DNA from: Chrysomallon squamiferum
Lineage: Eukaryota > Animalia > Mollusca
Reading direction: 5' to 3'
DNA: 64,000 nt
Assembly (NCBI GenBank): GCA_012295275.1
Contig: CM022674.1
Span: 10,726,001-10,790,000, forward strand
Within the stretch, counting starts at the first letter, position 1. Each line of letters starts with the position of its first letter. This document shows, one piece after another, positions 13,435-23,878 of this stretch. The notes beneath the pieces were generated by a model, which had not been told where the DNA came from, searched no databases, and worked only from the letters and a program-made list of their open reading frames with translations. The position numbers were made by a program, and so were the translations under genes.

Positions 13435-14208
13435 CTAATCTTGTGCTTCCTGTTCATTGTCTGCTGCGTTGTCAGATGTCCAGAGTGTGAGATTATCCCT
13501 TAGCAACTGCATAATAAGGGTACTGTCTTTATAAGAATCCTGATCTAACTCATCAATTTGGCCAATGGCATTGTCGAAAGCTTCTTTTGCAAGAGAGCAA
13601 GCCTTGTCAGGAGAATCAAGAATTTCATAGTAAAACACTGAAAAATTTAGTGCCAATCCCAGACGACTTGGATGGGTTGGTGGCATCGAATCACAAGCCA
13701 TTTTGTATGCTGCCATGTAGGCATTTTGTGAATTTTCTATGACACTCTTTTTCGCATCATCTTCTTTAAATTCAGCAAGGTACCGGTAGTAATCGCCTTT
13801 CATCTTCAGATAAAACACATTGCCGTCGGGTTCGGTGACATTTTTAATTAGATATTCATCCAAAAGATGCAGAACTTCATTACAGGTTTTATTCAATTCA
13901 TCTTCAATCTTCTTTTTAAATTCTCTGGCGGCCTCTTTTTTTGCTGGATTGTCAGCTTTCGTTTTTTCGATCATGCAAACGACTCTCCAAGATGAACGCC
14001 GCGCACCTACCACGTTCTTATAAGCCACAGAAAGAAGATTGCGTTTCTCAGTAGACAACTGCTTATCCTGTTCGGTTACCTTTTTCATTGCTAGGGCCAT
14101 GTCGTCGAATCGTTCGGCCTGCTCTGCCATTTTAGCCATCTGTACTAATTCATCCGTAGTTTTACACATCTCTATGACCTTCGACGTTTTTTCACGATCA
14201 CCAGACAT
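13435..14208 (-). CDS. 14-3-3zeta: 14-3-3 protein (zeta-like, divergent), intronless, 257 aa
   Basis: Uninterrupted ORF; the first ATG is at 14208 (the ORF track starts at a TTG 2 codons upstream). Family motifs: [79 protein letters not shown]. The zeta assignment is tentative. Confidence 0.96.
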   Translation of the reverse strand: MSGDREKTSKVIEMCKTTDELVQMAKMAEQAERFDDMALAMKKVTEQDKQLSTEKRNLLSVAYKNVVGARRSSWRVVCMIEKTKADNPAKKEAAREFKKKIEDELNKTCNEVLHLLDEYLIKNVTEPDGNVFYLKMKGDYYRYLAEFKEDDAKKSVIENSQNAYMAAYKMACDSMPPTHPSRLGLALNFSVFYYEILDSPDKACSLAKEAFDNAIGQIDELDQDSYKDSTLIMQLLRDNLTLWTSDNAADNEQEAQD

Positions 14209-14286
14209 TTTCAACGATTAATGCTTACTTTTATTTCCCTGGCAAATTACAGTTTCTGAGTGGGAAGGGCTTCTGCAGCTCTTTCC

Positions 14287-14296
14287 AAAATGGCGG
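14287..14296. promoter_or_regulatory. YY1-type motif AAAATGGCGG near the 14-3-3 transcription start
   Basis: Match to the YY1 consensus about 80 bp upstream of the ATG in a locally CpG-containing segment. Confidence 0.45.
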
Positions 14297-15229
14297 ATTG
14301 CTAAGGAATGGGATTGTCTTCGTGCTATTGATTACAAATTTCATCTCATACTTTAGTTACTTCCCTTTGATTAGCAAACCGGCTTTATTTTCTAGACTTG
14401 CTCAATAGTATTGCCAGCAATAAAATTGTTCTGTTTTTTTTCTATTCTACCAAAACGGCATTTCATTTTTAAATCTGTCTGTTGAACGAACCATTAAAAT
14501 AAAGTTTTAATAAATCTTCATTTGGATATAATTTAATTAATTTATGTAGTACTGAAATAGATTAATAGTAGAAATTTAATGAAATTATTATATATTTGCG
14601 TAACAGAGCAAAACCTATTTAAAGAAATAAACTACGAGTTTTACTCTATAAATAAAATAAAATAATTTAATCTGAGAAACGATCGTTAAACTATTGAAAA
14701 AAAAAAAAAAAAAAAAAAAAAGAAGAAGAAGTAAATGTATTAAATATAACCAATAAAGTCTAGGGTAATCTAATTTAAGAAAAAATTCTCCTTCCTCCCT
14801 ACATTAATTGATTATATAGATGTTAATTAAACGAATATATTCATAACATAATCATAATTTGAAACACATGAAAATAATTTAGTTATAGCCAACAATAAAC
14901 TTGGAATTAAAATGTTTTGTAATTCGTTAAGAGAGAAAAAACAACAACAGTTCTTTCAAAAATTTTGTTTTAATTTAATCAGCAATCAGTATATATATTT
15001 CACTGAATTCTAATGAATTCAAAATAGGAGGAAGATTTGTAATTCTTAATTGCACGAAATTCAATGCTCTCCTTAGTGAGGTTAATAAATTCATATTTGT
15101 AATTATAAACGATGCTATTATTCTAAGAGAATTTTTAAAATTAATTATATACTGAACAAAAGAAAGTCTACTTTTATTCAATTTTTGTTGAATTGTCTGC
15201 TCTTTATCAAAGGTGGCGCCAAAATACAC

Positions 15230-15341
15230 TTATGTGTTGTGACACGAAGGTCCGACCGAAATTGGCATACCTGACTCATTTCCGTCTCGGCACGTTGCGT
15301 CCTTAGGTTAGAAACTTTTCTTCCTGTTTATGTGTCAACAG
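15230..15341 (+). other. Putative non-coding first exon of the SLC35C1-like gene (start approximate)
   Basis: CpG-rich patch ending in a donor CAG|GTTAGT (GT at 15342), which would pair with the acceptor at 16531. A KLF/Sp box CCACGCCTCC lies near 15562. Confidence 0.4.
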
Positions 15342-15870
15342 GTTAGTTCACCGTCTGTCAATCCATTCTCTTCGGTCTGACAGTTCCTTGTCATGGTTCT
15401 ATAGTTACCAGTTCTCTAATAAGAAAAATTATTGCTAAGATAAATTAATACTAACTGAATAACTCCTAATTTAAAAGCATTATTAATGGGCTATTGTAAA
15501 ACAATTTATAAGCATTTAAAAGGCGATTTCGACCCATCATAATTCTCGGATCTGTTTAAGACCACGCCTCCATTTGTTTAATTTTGTTTATTTATAGCAC
15601 AAATTTTTAAAGTTTTATTATTTATATTAGATAATAGTTACAACAAAATTAAAGTCATTATTTATGCGTTTAGGATTTTGTTGCTTGGACTAAGTTGTTT
15701 AGCGTTAAATGAAAACGAAACGAAATAAATAAATGAAAAAATAATAATAATAAAAAAATAAAATAAAATGAAATAAAATAATAAAACAAACATAATATTA
15801 GTAATAAATGAATAAATAAAAAATATAGATCAATAAATAATATAAAAAAATATACTGTACGTGTGTGAGC

Positions 15871-15903
<33 letters not shown>

Positions 15904-16547
15904 CTTGCGTGTTATTGTAGACTGATATCATTTTTTTTCACTCATGCAAGAGAACCAGAAGGAAGAAATATTTTGTATAATGAAAGCATTGTTTTAATAT
16001 GCAATTTTATGGCTTTGTATTAATTAAAAAATAATAATAATAAACAAGTTTATAATAATCACATCATTTTTATATATATATATATTTGTGGGGAGCCAAT
16101 TAAATTAATTAACTGTAATTACATTTTTGAACTTGCTTTTTTATTTAAATTTTTCTAGTGGATTGGTACAGTGATTGTTTACTGTTGCATAAAAACCAAA
16201 ATGAAACATGATAATTTTTTTTTTTCTATTAACGATAATTATCATTTATTAATTTTAATTGATTTTTAATGAATAAGAATTTAAAAAGGCACAATTAGCA
16301 GTCAATCGAATAAACTAAATTTTATTTTGTTTTTACTATATCAAAGTGATTGGAATAGAAATTATGCATGCAAAATGCGTTTAGAAAGATGTCTGATTTT
16401 TTGTATTATATTCCAAGCATTAAAACAGATTTTTGTTTATTTTAGAATTGTTTTCTGTAAATCCATGTCTACAGAGAAGATTTTCCGATCCCAACAAGTG
16501 GCAGTTTTTATTTTCCTTTTTGTACATCCAGTCTGAGAAAATAAAAA

Positions 16548-17621
16548 ATGACAGGAGCAGAGAAAAATCGCAGTCCATTTAAAGTTATTGGAGTTATTCT
16601 CCTTTACTGGACTGTGTCCATTTCTCTTGTATTTGTGATGAAACATTTGCTGAGTGGTCACTTTGGAAACCAGGATCTGTCCATCTTCATCTCCTGGTAT
16701 CAGAGTTCAATCACTGTGGCAGCCATTCTCATAGCTGGACTTGTTGGCAGAATATTCCGCTTTAAAATTGAAGTTCCAAAACTTGACCTGGACACAATTC
16801 TTGATCCAGACATGTTGTCACTCAGCCTGACATTTGTTGCAAGCCTCACTCTGAACAACTTGATGTTAAAACACATTGGTGTTTCGTTCTATCAGATTGC
16901 CAGATCCTTCACTCTGATTTTCACTGTGGGAATGACTGCCTGCATGTTACGACAGATTGTAAGTTTGAAGATCACTTTTTCCTGTCTTCTCATAGTTTGT
17001 GGCTTCTTCATTGGCATAGACCAGGAGGAGGCTTCAGGCACAATAACAGTCTGGGGTTGTATTTATGGACTCCTGGCCAGCTTTACGTCCGCTCTGTGTG
17101 GCATTTTCTTCAAGAAAGGAGAAGCAGCCTGTGGCGGCAGCTCTCTGAAACTGTCATTTGTTAATAATTTTAACAGCATGCTCATTTTTTTCCCTCTTGT
17201 TATAAGCACAAACCAGCTTTCTCATCTGTACAATTCAGACTATTTTTCTGACCCCATGTTGTGGATTTTTTTAACAATTTCAGGAATAATGAGTCTTCTC
17301 ATTGGCTGGATCAGTGCACTGCAGATCCGCTATACGTCACCCGTCACCCACCACATCAGCATCAACTCCAAATCACTAGCTCAGACACTTATAGCCATCA
17401 TAATCAACAACGAACACAAGACGATGATGTGGTGGGTGGGCAACTTGTTTGTTATTTTAGGAATATTATCTTATTCATATAACAAATACAAAGAACAGAA
17501 CCAAATGAAGGTTATGAAGACACAGGTTGGTGCAGAAGGTGTTCGGAATGGGTTTAAACAAAAAGATGTAACAGAATTTGAAACTGAGGACGATTCTATT
17601 AATTTAACAGTTCAGAAGTGA
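16548..17621 (+). CDS. SLC35C1: GDP-fucose transporter 1-like nucleotide-sugar transporter (SLC35C1 family, divergent), 357 aa, single coding exon
   Basis: Multi-pass hydrophobic protein with motifs resembling SLC35C1: YWTVSISLVF, ISWYQS, NNLMLKHIGVSFYQIARS, GFFIGIDQE, LQIRYTSPVTH..S...K..AQT, WWVGN. A polypyrimidine acceptor (..tttttgtacatccag) ends at 16531, 16 nt before the ATG. Confidence 0.88.
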   Translation: MTGAEKNRSPFKVIGVILLYWTVSISLVFVMKHLLSGHFGNQDLSIFISWYQSSITVAAILIAGLVGRIFRFKIEVPKLDLDTILDPDMLSLSLTFVASLTLNNLMLKHIGVSFYQIARSFTLIFTVGMTACMLRQIVSLKITFSCLLIVCGFFIGIDQEEASGTITVWGCIYGLLASFTSALCGIFFKKGEAACGGSSLKLSFVNNFNSMLIFFPLVISTNQLSHLYNSDYFSDPMLWIFLTISGIMSLLIGWISALQIRYTSPVTHHISINSKSLAQTLIAIIINNEHKTMMWWVGNLFVILGILSYSYNKYKEQNQMKVMKTQVGAEGVRNGFKQKDVTEFETEDDSINLTVQK

Positions 17622-20600
17622 AATTAAAACCAGCATTTTGTAAAATACGCATAAAGTTACGTATTTTATAAAAATATATTTTTGTACAAGTCTTAGCTTA
17701 CAATTAGAGTTTATGTTAAGAATCGGAAATGTTGTTTATGATGTGATAAAAACAAAGTACAGAAAGCTAAATTATTGACTATAATTGTCACATTTGTTGA
17801 CATCTGTGAAATCCAGTGTATTATTTGTGCAAACATCTTTCATATTTTTTAAGACTTGAAAGAAATTCCACATACAAAGGGCAGCTGAAAAATCTCAAGA
17901 CCACATTTGTTCGTGTGATTTAAAATGTTTGCGCGTCTGGATGAAATTTTGAACATAATACAACTTGTGTATGATGTCAGTTATTCTGATACCCTGATCT
18001 AATGAACACAAATATTAGCTGGACAACAAATATCAAATGGATGGCAAATGATATAAAATTAATTTGAATATGTATTTGAAATAGACAGCAGCTTTAACTT
18101 ACTGTTTCTATGATTTTAATGATGCATGTTTTACTTTAAAACAAATACATGTACATTGAGCAAGCAAGTACATGAAAACTTCCAATTGCACATTTTTAAT
18201 TTACATATAGACATACATTATTGATTATATACTTATTTTATATGTTGAGGGTGTTTTATGTATATTTTGAGAGTTATTATAGACATAATTTTTACTGCAC
18301 GATAAATGTTTGTGCTTGATATACTGTGTTTTTTAATTTCTATTGTATTTATTAATAATTTTTGATTTTGTTACATTTATTTTAAAATGAGTGACAAAAA
18401 ATTAATAACGTGCATCTATTTGTTTGCTGTGCTGGCATTGATTTTAAAATTTATTTCTGAATTAAAATAATAAAGTGTATATGGTTTTTTAAACCCAGGA
18501 AATAATTTTTGTTAATGCTTTACTCGGTGTAAGTATTCTGAATCTGTTACGCAATATTTATGTTTCTACAACTGGTATAATTTTATTTTTTATTATCAGA
18601 TTTAAATATTGTTTGTGTTGGTATTCTGTCTTCCTATGAAAGGGTGCTGCAGCGTGTTACCATGTTTAAAGAAATTTGTTTATTTATAAAAAAGACAAAG
18701 AATAAGAAGTAAAAATTCATACTGGAACCTACCACATTCCCATTACGCAAGTGTGATTATGTAAATAATATACTGAAAAGTATTTTAAAAATATATTTGA
18801 GCTCAATTTTATTGTGACTACATTATGTCTACAGTATACTAGCACATATAGTTACAGGCTAACTGAAATACATTTTAATTTTTAAAATGACAAATGCAAG
18901 TTTTAAAATCTTGTAAAATCTGTAAATATAATTCAAAGTATTTTTAATGTTTAATGTTGTATTAGATGACTGAATGCAGATATTTATGAATGAAAAGTTC
19001 TGTGTGTGTATGTATGAGTAATATGAGCAAGTGAATGTATGCGTTATTGGATGTACATTCTTGTGTATAAAATACACAAAAACACTTATGTACATAATGC
19101 TGAAAAGAAATATATGCATTTTACCAATTACTTTTAGTTCTTTTTTCAACATGTATTTGTGTATTCAGTTATTGTTTTTATTTGTGGGAATAAAGGTGAC
19201 TTAATAAACTTGTATATTTAATGTGTATGTATGTTATGTAGAGTATTTACATTAAACAATGTATCCTTTTATTTACTTTATTTGTTACATGTTTTAATAT
19301 CGATTTTACTGTTATTTACATACAGAAGAAAAATAAAATATATATCATTTTTATTTCCACATAAATCCAGTTATAATATTAAATCCTTTTCATTTTTATT
19401 TGTCATTGTGTTCATTTTATAGAAAATATTTATTTTATTCTGTTCAGTGATATTTATGATTTAAATGTTAAACATTCAGTATAGATGTTAAAAACTGGAT
19501 GGCTGTTTTGAGAGTACAGTTTTTTAATTGGTAAATAATATTTGCATATTAATAAGTTTATTTCCTGGTTTTGGATTTTCTTTGAGTGGTTGTTTTATTT
19601 ATTCTTATATAAAAAAAAATAAAAAATAAAAAAAAAAGTATAATCTTAAAGGAATGGAGTAAAATTGTTCCTTGTATGTAAGGCTTTTGCCAAGTAGATT
19701 ATTTAATAAAGTATTCTTCTTTTTCATGTTGTTAATTGTGTGTTATTTTGTTAAAGTGTACCATATGGTAGATTTAGTATACTTGTGTACCTCAAATTAT
19801 AGATTTATTATTTCTTAGCAAATTGTTTTTGCTGGAAATGGCACATTAATTAGTGTATAGCAATAATAAACTACCAGTCTTTTCTCTGTGTGATGTAACT
19901 TCATAAACAAAAATATATTAAATCATGAGAGTAGTTTTATTTTTATTCTCAGTGTGTGTTTTATATATAACAGTACCAAACTAATCATTTAAAAATAAAT
20001 AAAATATATTAAATTTTTTCCTTTTAACAACCTTACTTCATATTAAGCATTTAAATTCTAAATAAATCAGTGGTAATGCATTAATAAATTTAAATATTTG
20101 ACTAAGAAAGCAAAGTCTGACATAAAATTGTTATCATGAGTTTTATTTGATTAATGGATCATAATTTTGCTGAATGCAGCTATGTTTGTTTAAATTATAA
20201 TAAAAATTAAAAATTAAACATCAGCTGCCAGCTGTTGTATGAATAATGTTTACAGATGAGAGATAAACACATTCAAAATGAGATATGCTTTAGGTCAGCA
20301 CATTTTGTCTTGAGTGTATTAATTGTTTCCTGTGATTCTCAAAAATACCAGTTCCTCAGGTTTTATAAATTGCTATTGCTTTTTGTTTTGTCACAGAATG
20401 GACACAAATAGTTAAATTACTAAATTTCATTACAAAATAATCTGTCTGTCTTGCTGTCTAAAAAAAAAAAAAAAAAAAAAGCCTATGATATTGTTTCACA
20501 AACTATATAAACTATTATATTTGAATTAATAAATGTAACATTTAAATACTGTTTCTATCTGCCAAAATATAAATATGATTCTTTCAGTGACTGCCACAGT

Positions 20601-21411
20601 TTAATATAACTACATGGTTTGTCCAACAGCAGGCTGCTGCTTTCTAATATCAAAATATAAATAGACAATTTTACCCACTGTAGAAATTGTATTCCTCATC
20701 TTCTAATTTCTAGTTATATTCTGATGAAATTCTGAAATCATCTAATTACTAGTGGTTGTGTATAATCTGAAAAAACACTGCATATCTTAAATGTATGACT
20801 TTCATTACAATGAATCTGGTTGCCCACAGTGATATTTGTCATTACTGATATCATTATGAACTTACCAAATAATTTCTGACAGTAATTCAGATTTCCATAA
20901 AACAACAACAATAGTAATAATACATTTGTACACAATAAATCACACTTGATATTCATCAGTGAGGTATAATATAAACATATCTCAACTTAGATGACAGATA
21001 AAAGAAAAAATATTTGCTATTAGTTAAGCATGTAAACATCACACAAAATGATAAAATTAAGATTGCATGGTTGTTTAATTAGATAAACAATTATAAAAAT
21101 GTATTTTAAAAATATTTTTTCCATAATAAAAAGACACCTTTGAATATTTAGTTTAGAGAGAATGGAAACCTAATGAAGAATCCTATGCCAGTAGTCACTG
21201 TTGTAAGTGCACAAAACATCTTCAAACTGACGTCCACTACAAATCACAGATAAATGATTGACATTTATATTTGCTGAAAGTTAAATACGTTTATGCATAT
21301 GTGTATGTGTGTATTATATACTGTGTATATTTAAAGACATTAATATGTGTCGTACGCAATGTGATCTTTAAAAATAAAATAATAAAAATAAAAACTTACC
21401 ATACAAAGTAA

Positions 21412-21413
<2 letters not shown>

Positions 21414-21474
<61 letters not shown>
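21414..21474. repeat. (GT)n microsatellite
   Basis: About 30 perfect dinucleotide units. Confidence 0.95.
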
Positions 21475-21477
<3 letters not shown>

Positions 21478-23743
21478 CATATATTGCTGGTTTCCAAAAT
21501 ACCTAACGTTCAGTAAGCCTACTTAGTACTTTACTGATTGTTTAATTATTTTGTTTGCTTTAGTTCGTAATTTTGATATTCACATTATGATATTGAAATA
21601 TTATTTAAAATGAACATTTGAAAAATAAAATAAGAGTCTTAAAATGCAATTAAATCTGATCAACAAGAATAATTAATATTTGAAACATTTCGTTTAAAAA
21701 AGCAGTTTACAAAACTGTTTTATCTGGTTATGATATATTCTTCGTTTCGGAAAGAGAAACTATTTATCCTTAACCGGTTCAATAACCACATTTTTCTTGT
21801 AATCATAGTTATCTCCCTTGGATCTGTTGTTTGAAATTTGGAATATTCACCTGTCCTAACATGATTGCTAAAAATTACAGAGATGTTTGCATAATCATAA
21901 CATTAATTACAACAGGTATTACAGGGGAAATGTTACTGTTATTTACATGATATGATGATTTGATTTCTTCGTTTATTGCTCTCTTGTTATTATTATCTTT
22001 AATGACCCAGTGTAACGTGTTAATGGACAGGTAACCGTCAAAATGGACAACATTCACATCCGTGACGTTGTCAAACAGGGATAAAAAGAAAATTAAATTA
22101 ATGTTAGAGAGTTATGTCGATTAGGAACAAGTTGCCATGTGTACCTTTTCCCGAACCTCTAGGACTATCCAGTTCCATGAATAATTATAATAATTATAAT
22201 ACTTAAAAACAGGAAAGCGTATTCCCTATTATAATTATTCGGATTATACCAGAGTGACACAGTATTATTATCATGTACGATTGATTATCAGTATCAGTTA
22301 CTGATCAACTACTCGTTTGCCTGGTATTTGAAAGTGAAATAATAATAATTATTATTATTACTAAATCTCAAATTGGACATTGTATAATTACTAATCAGAA
22401 AATACCAGATGATTCCAACAAAATCAAAATCATGATTGTTATTACAGTAAAATGTGAAAAACTCAAACTATTCCTGCATCCATTATTATTTTCAGATCCA
22501 GATATAGCATTTATTTTTTTCACTATTGACTACAAAACCAAAATAGAACAAGCAAATATATAAAAAAATTATTGTAATAACAATGTTGACAAACTGAATT
22601 TGCCATCAGCCAAAATGAAATATTTGAGTTAGGAGCCTCATAAACCATGAAATTAATGCAGTAATAGTTTAATACAAGATATGTAATTTAGGAGATATTA
22701 ACAATAATTTTAAAAAGTCATTTTTATCATTTCTCTTTCATATACTTCTAGAGAAGCAAAAACAACAACAAAATTTAAAAAGTAAACTAGTAGTAGTACA
22801 TTTTATTTTATTGACAGCTTTATTTTTATAAATTTTCATTACCATGCTTATAACATGTATACTGGCTGAATGTTTTTTGTTGTTCTGGCTCTGTGTAATC
22901 CATTATTTGTTAAACCATTCTGTTAGACATTAGCCATGTTTGGAGAATGAAGTATCTTAAACTAAAGAGTTGCTACAAAAACAAACGCATGTCAAAACCT
23001 ATCTGTTTCTCAGATAAGTGGATTATACAGGTTGATTAATTACCAAACAAAATAGTTTTATTTATAAAGTATAATCTAAAACGGAGGTCACATACACAAT
23101 AATTTATTACATCATATTTAATCTGACACTGAAACTGATTGCAAACTTTTAATTTCATTGTTTAAAATTTTTTATTTTATCTTAGATTCCACTCCTTATT
23201 CTGTCTATCTCATTTGAATAATTTATAACTTTGATAATAAAATGTTTTGTTTAGACACTGATGTAAGTAATAAATATATTTTTTGTTGCTTGAAAAAGTT
23301 TATCTATCAATAGTTAGCTTACATATATTTATATTTTCCTTTTTTTCAAGTGATGTGTTTGTTGCTGGATAATACAGCTAATAATAAAATTATAAGTTAA
23401 TACTAAATAATACCAAATTAGAGTATTACTGCCCTAGGATTTTTTTATGTATTTATATATTTATTTATTTTAATGTAAAACTCAGATTAATAAAAGATTG
23501 GAAAATGTATCATCTTCTTGGATTTGGAATCCTTTATTATTAACAAAAGTTAAGTCTGGAAAAAAGTAAACTTAGGAATATATCATGTACCTTCTTGATC
23601 ATTCTTCCAGTTAATTTTAATGTTTAATGAATAAAATTATTATTGTTTTATCACACAGATTTTTTTTTTTGTCAATAATATTCTTTTATTTTGAATAATT
23701 TTTTTTCACAGACCTGTGATGTGAGGATAGCTGGAACTGAACG

Positions 23744-23878
23744 ATGGATCCTCAACACAAGAATGTTCTGATCACTCAGCGAGCCAACCTGGTCGAGAAT
23801 CTCAACATCCGCGACGGCCTTTACACCCAGCTCATTACACGAGGTGTCCTTAATGCAAGGATGGTCCGTACTATACAG
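23744..23878 (+). CDS. CASP2: Caspase-2-like coding exon 1 (N-terminal half of CARD, MDPQHK...VRTIQ)
   Basis: Acceptor tttttcacag ends at 23711; donor CAG|GTTAGT at 23879, phase 0. Confidence 0.88.

Noticed and set aside
13820-14221. Plus-strand ORFs overlapping the 14-3-3 gene (similarly 47337-47621, 45582-45905 and 59591-59782 over G-beta exons, 25260-25499 over exon 2a)
   Set aside because: Antisense shadows of real coding exons with no recognisable products.
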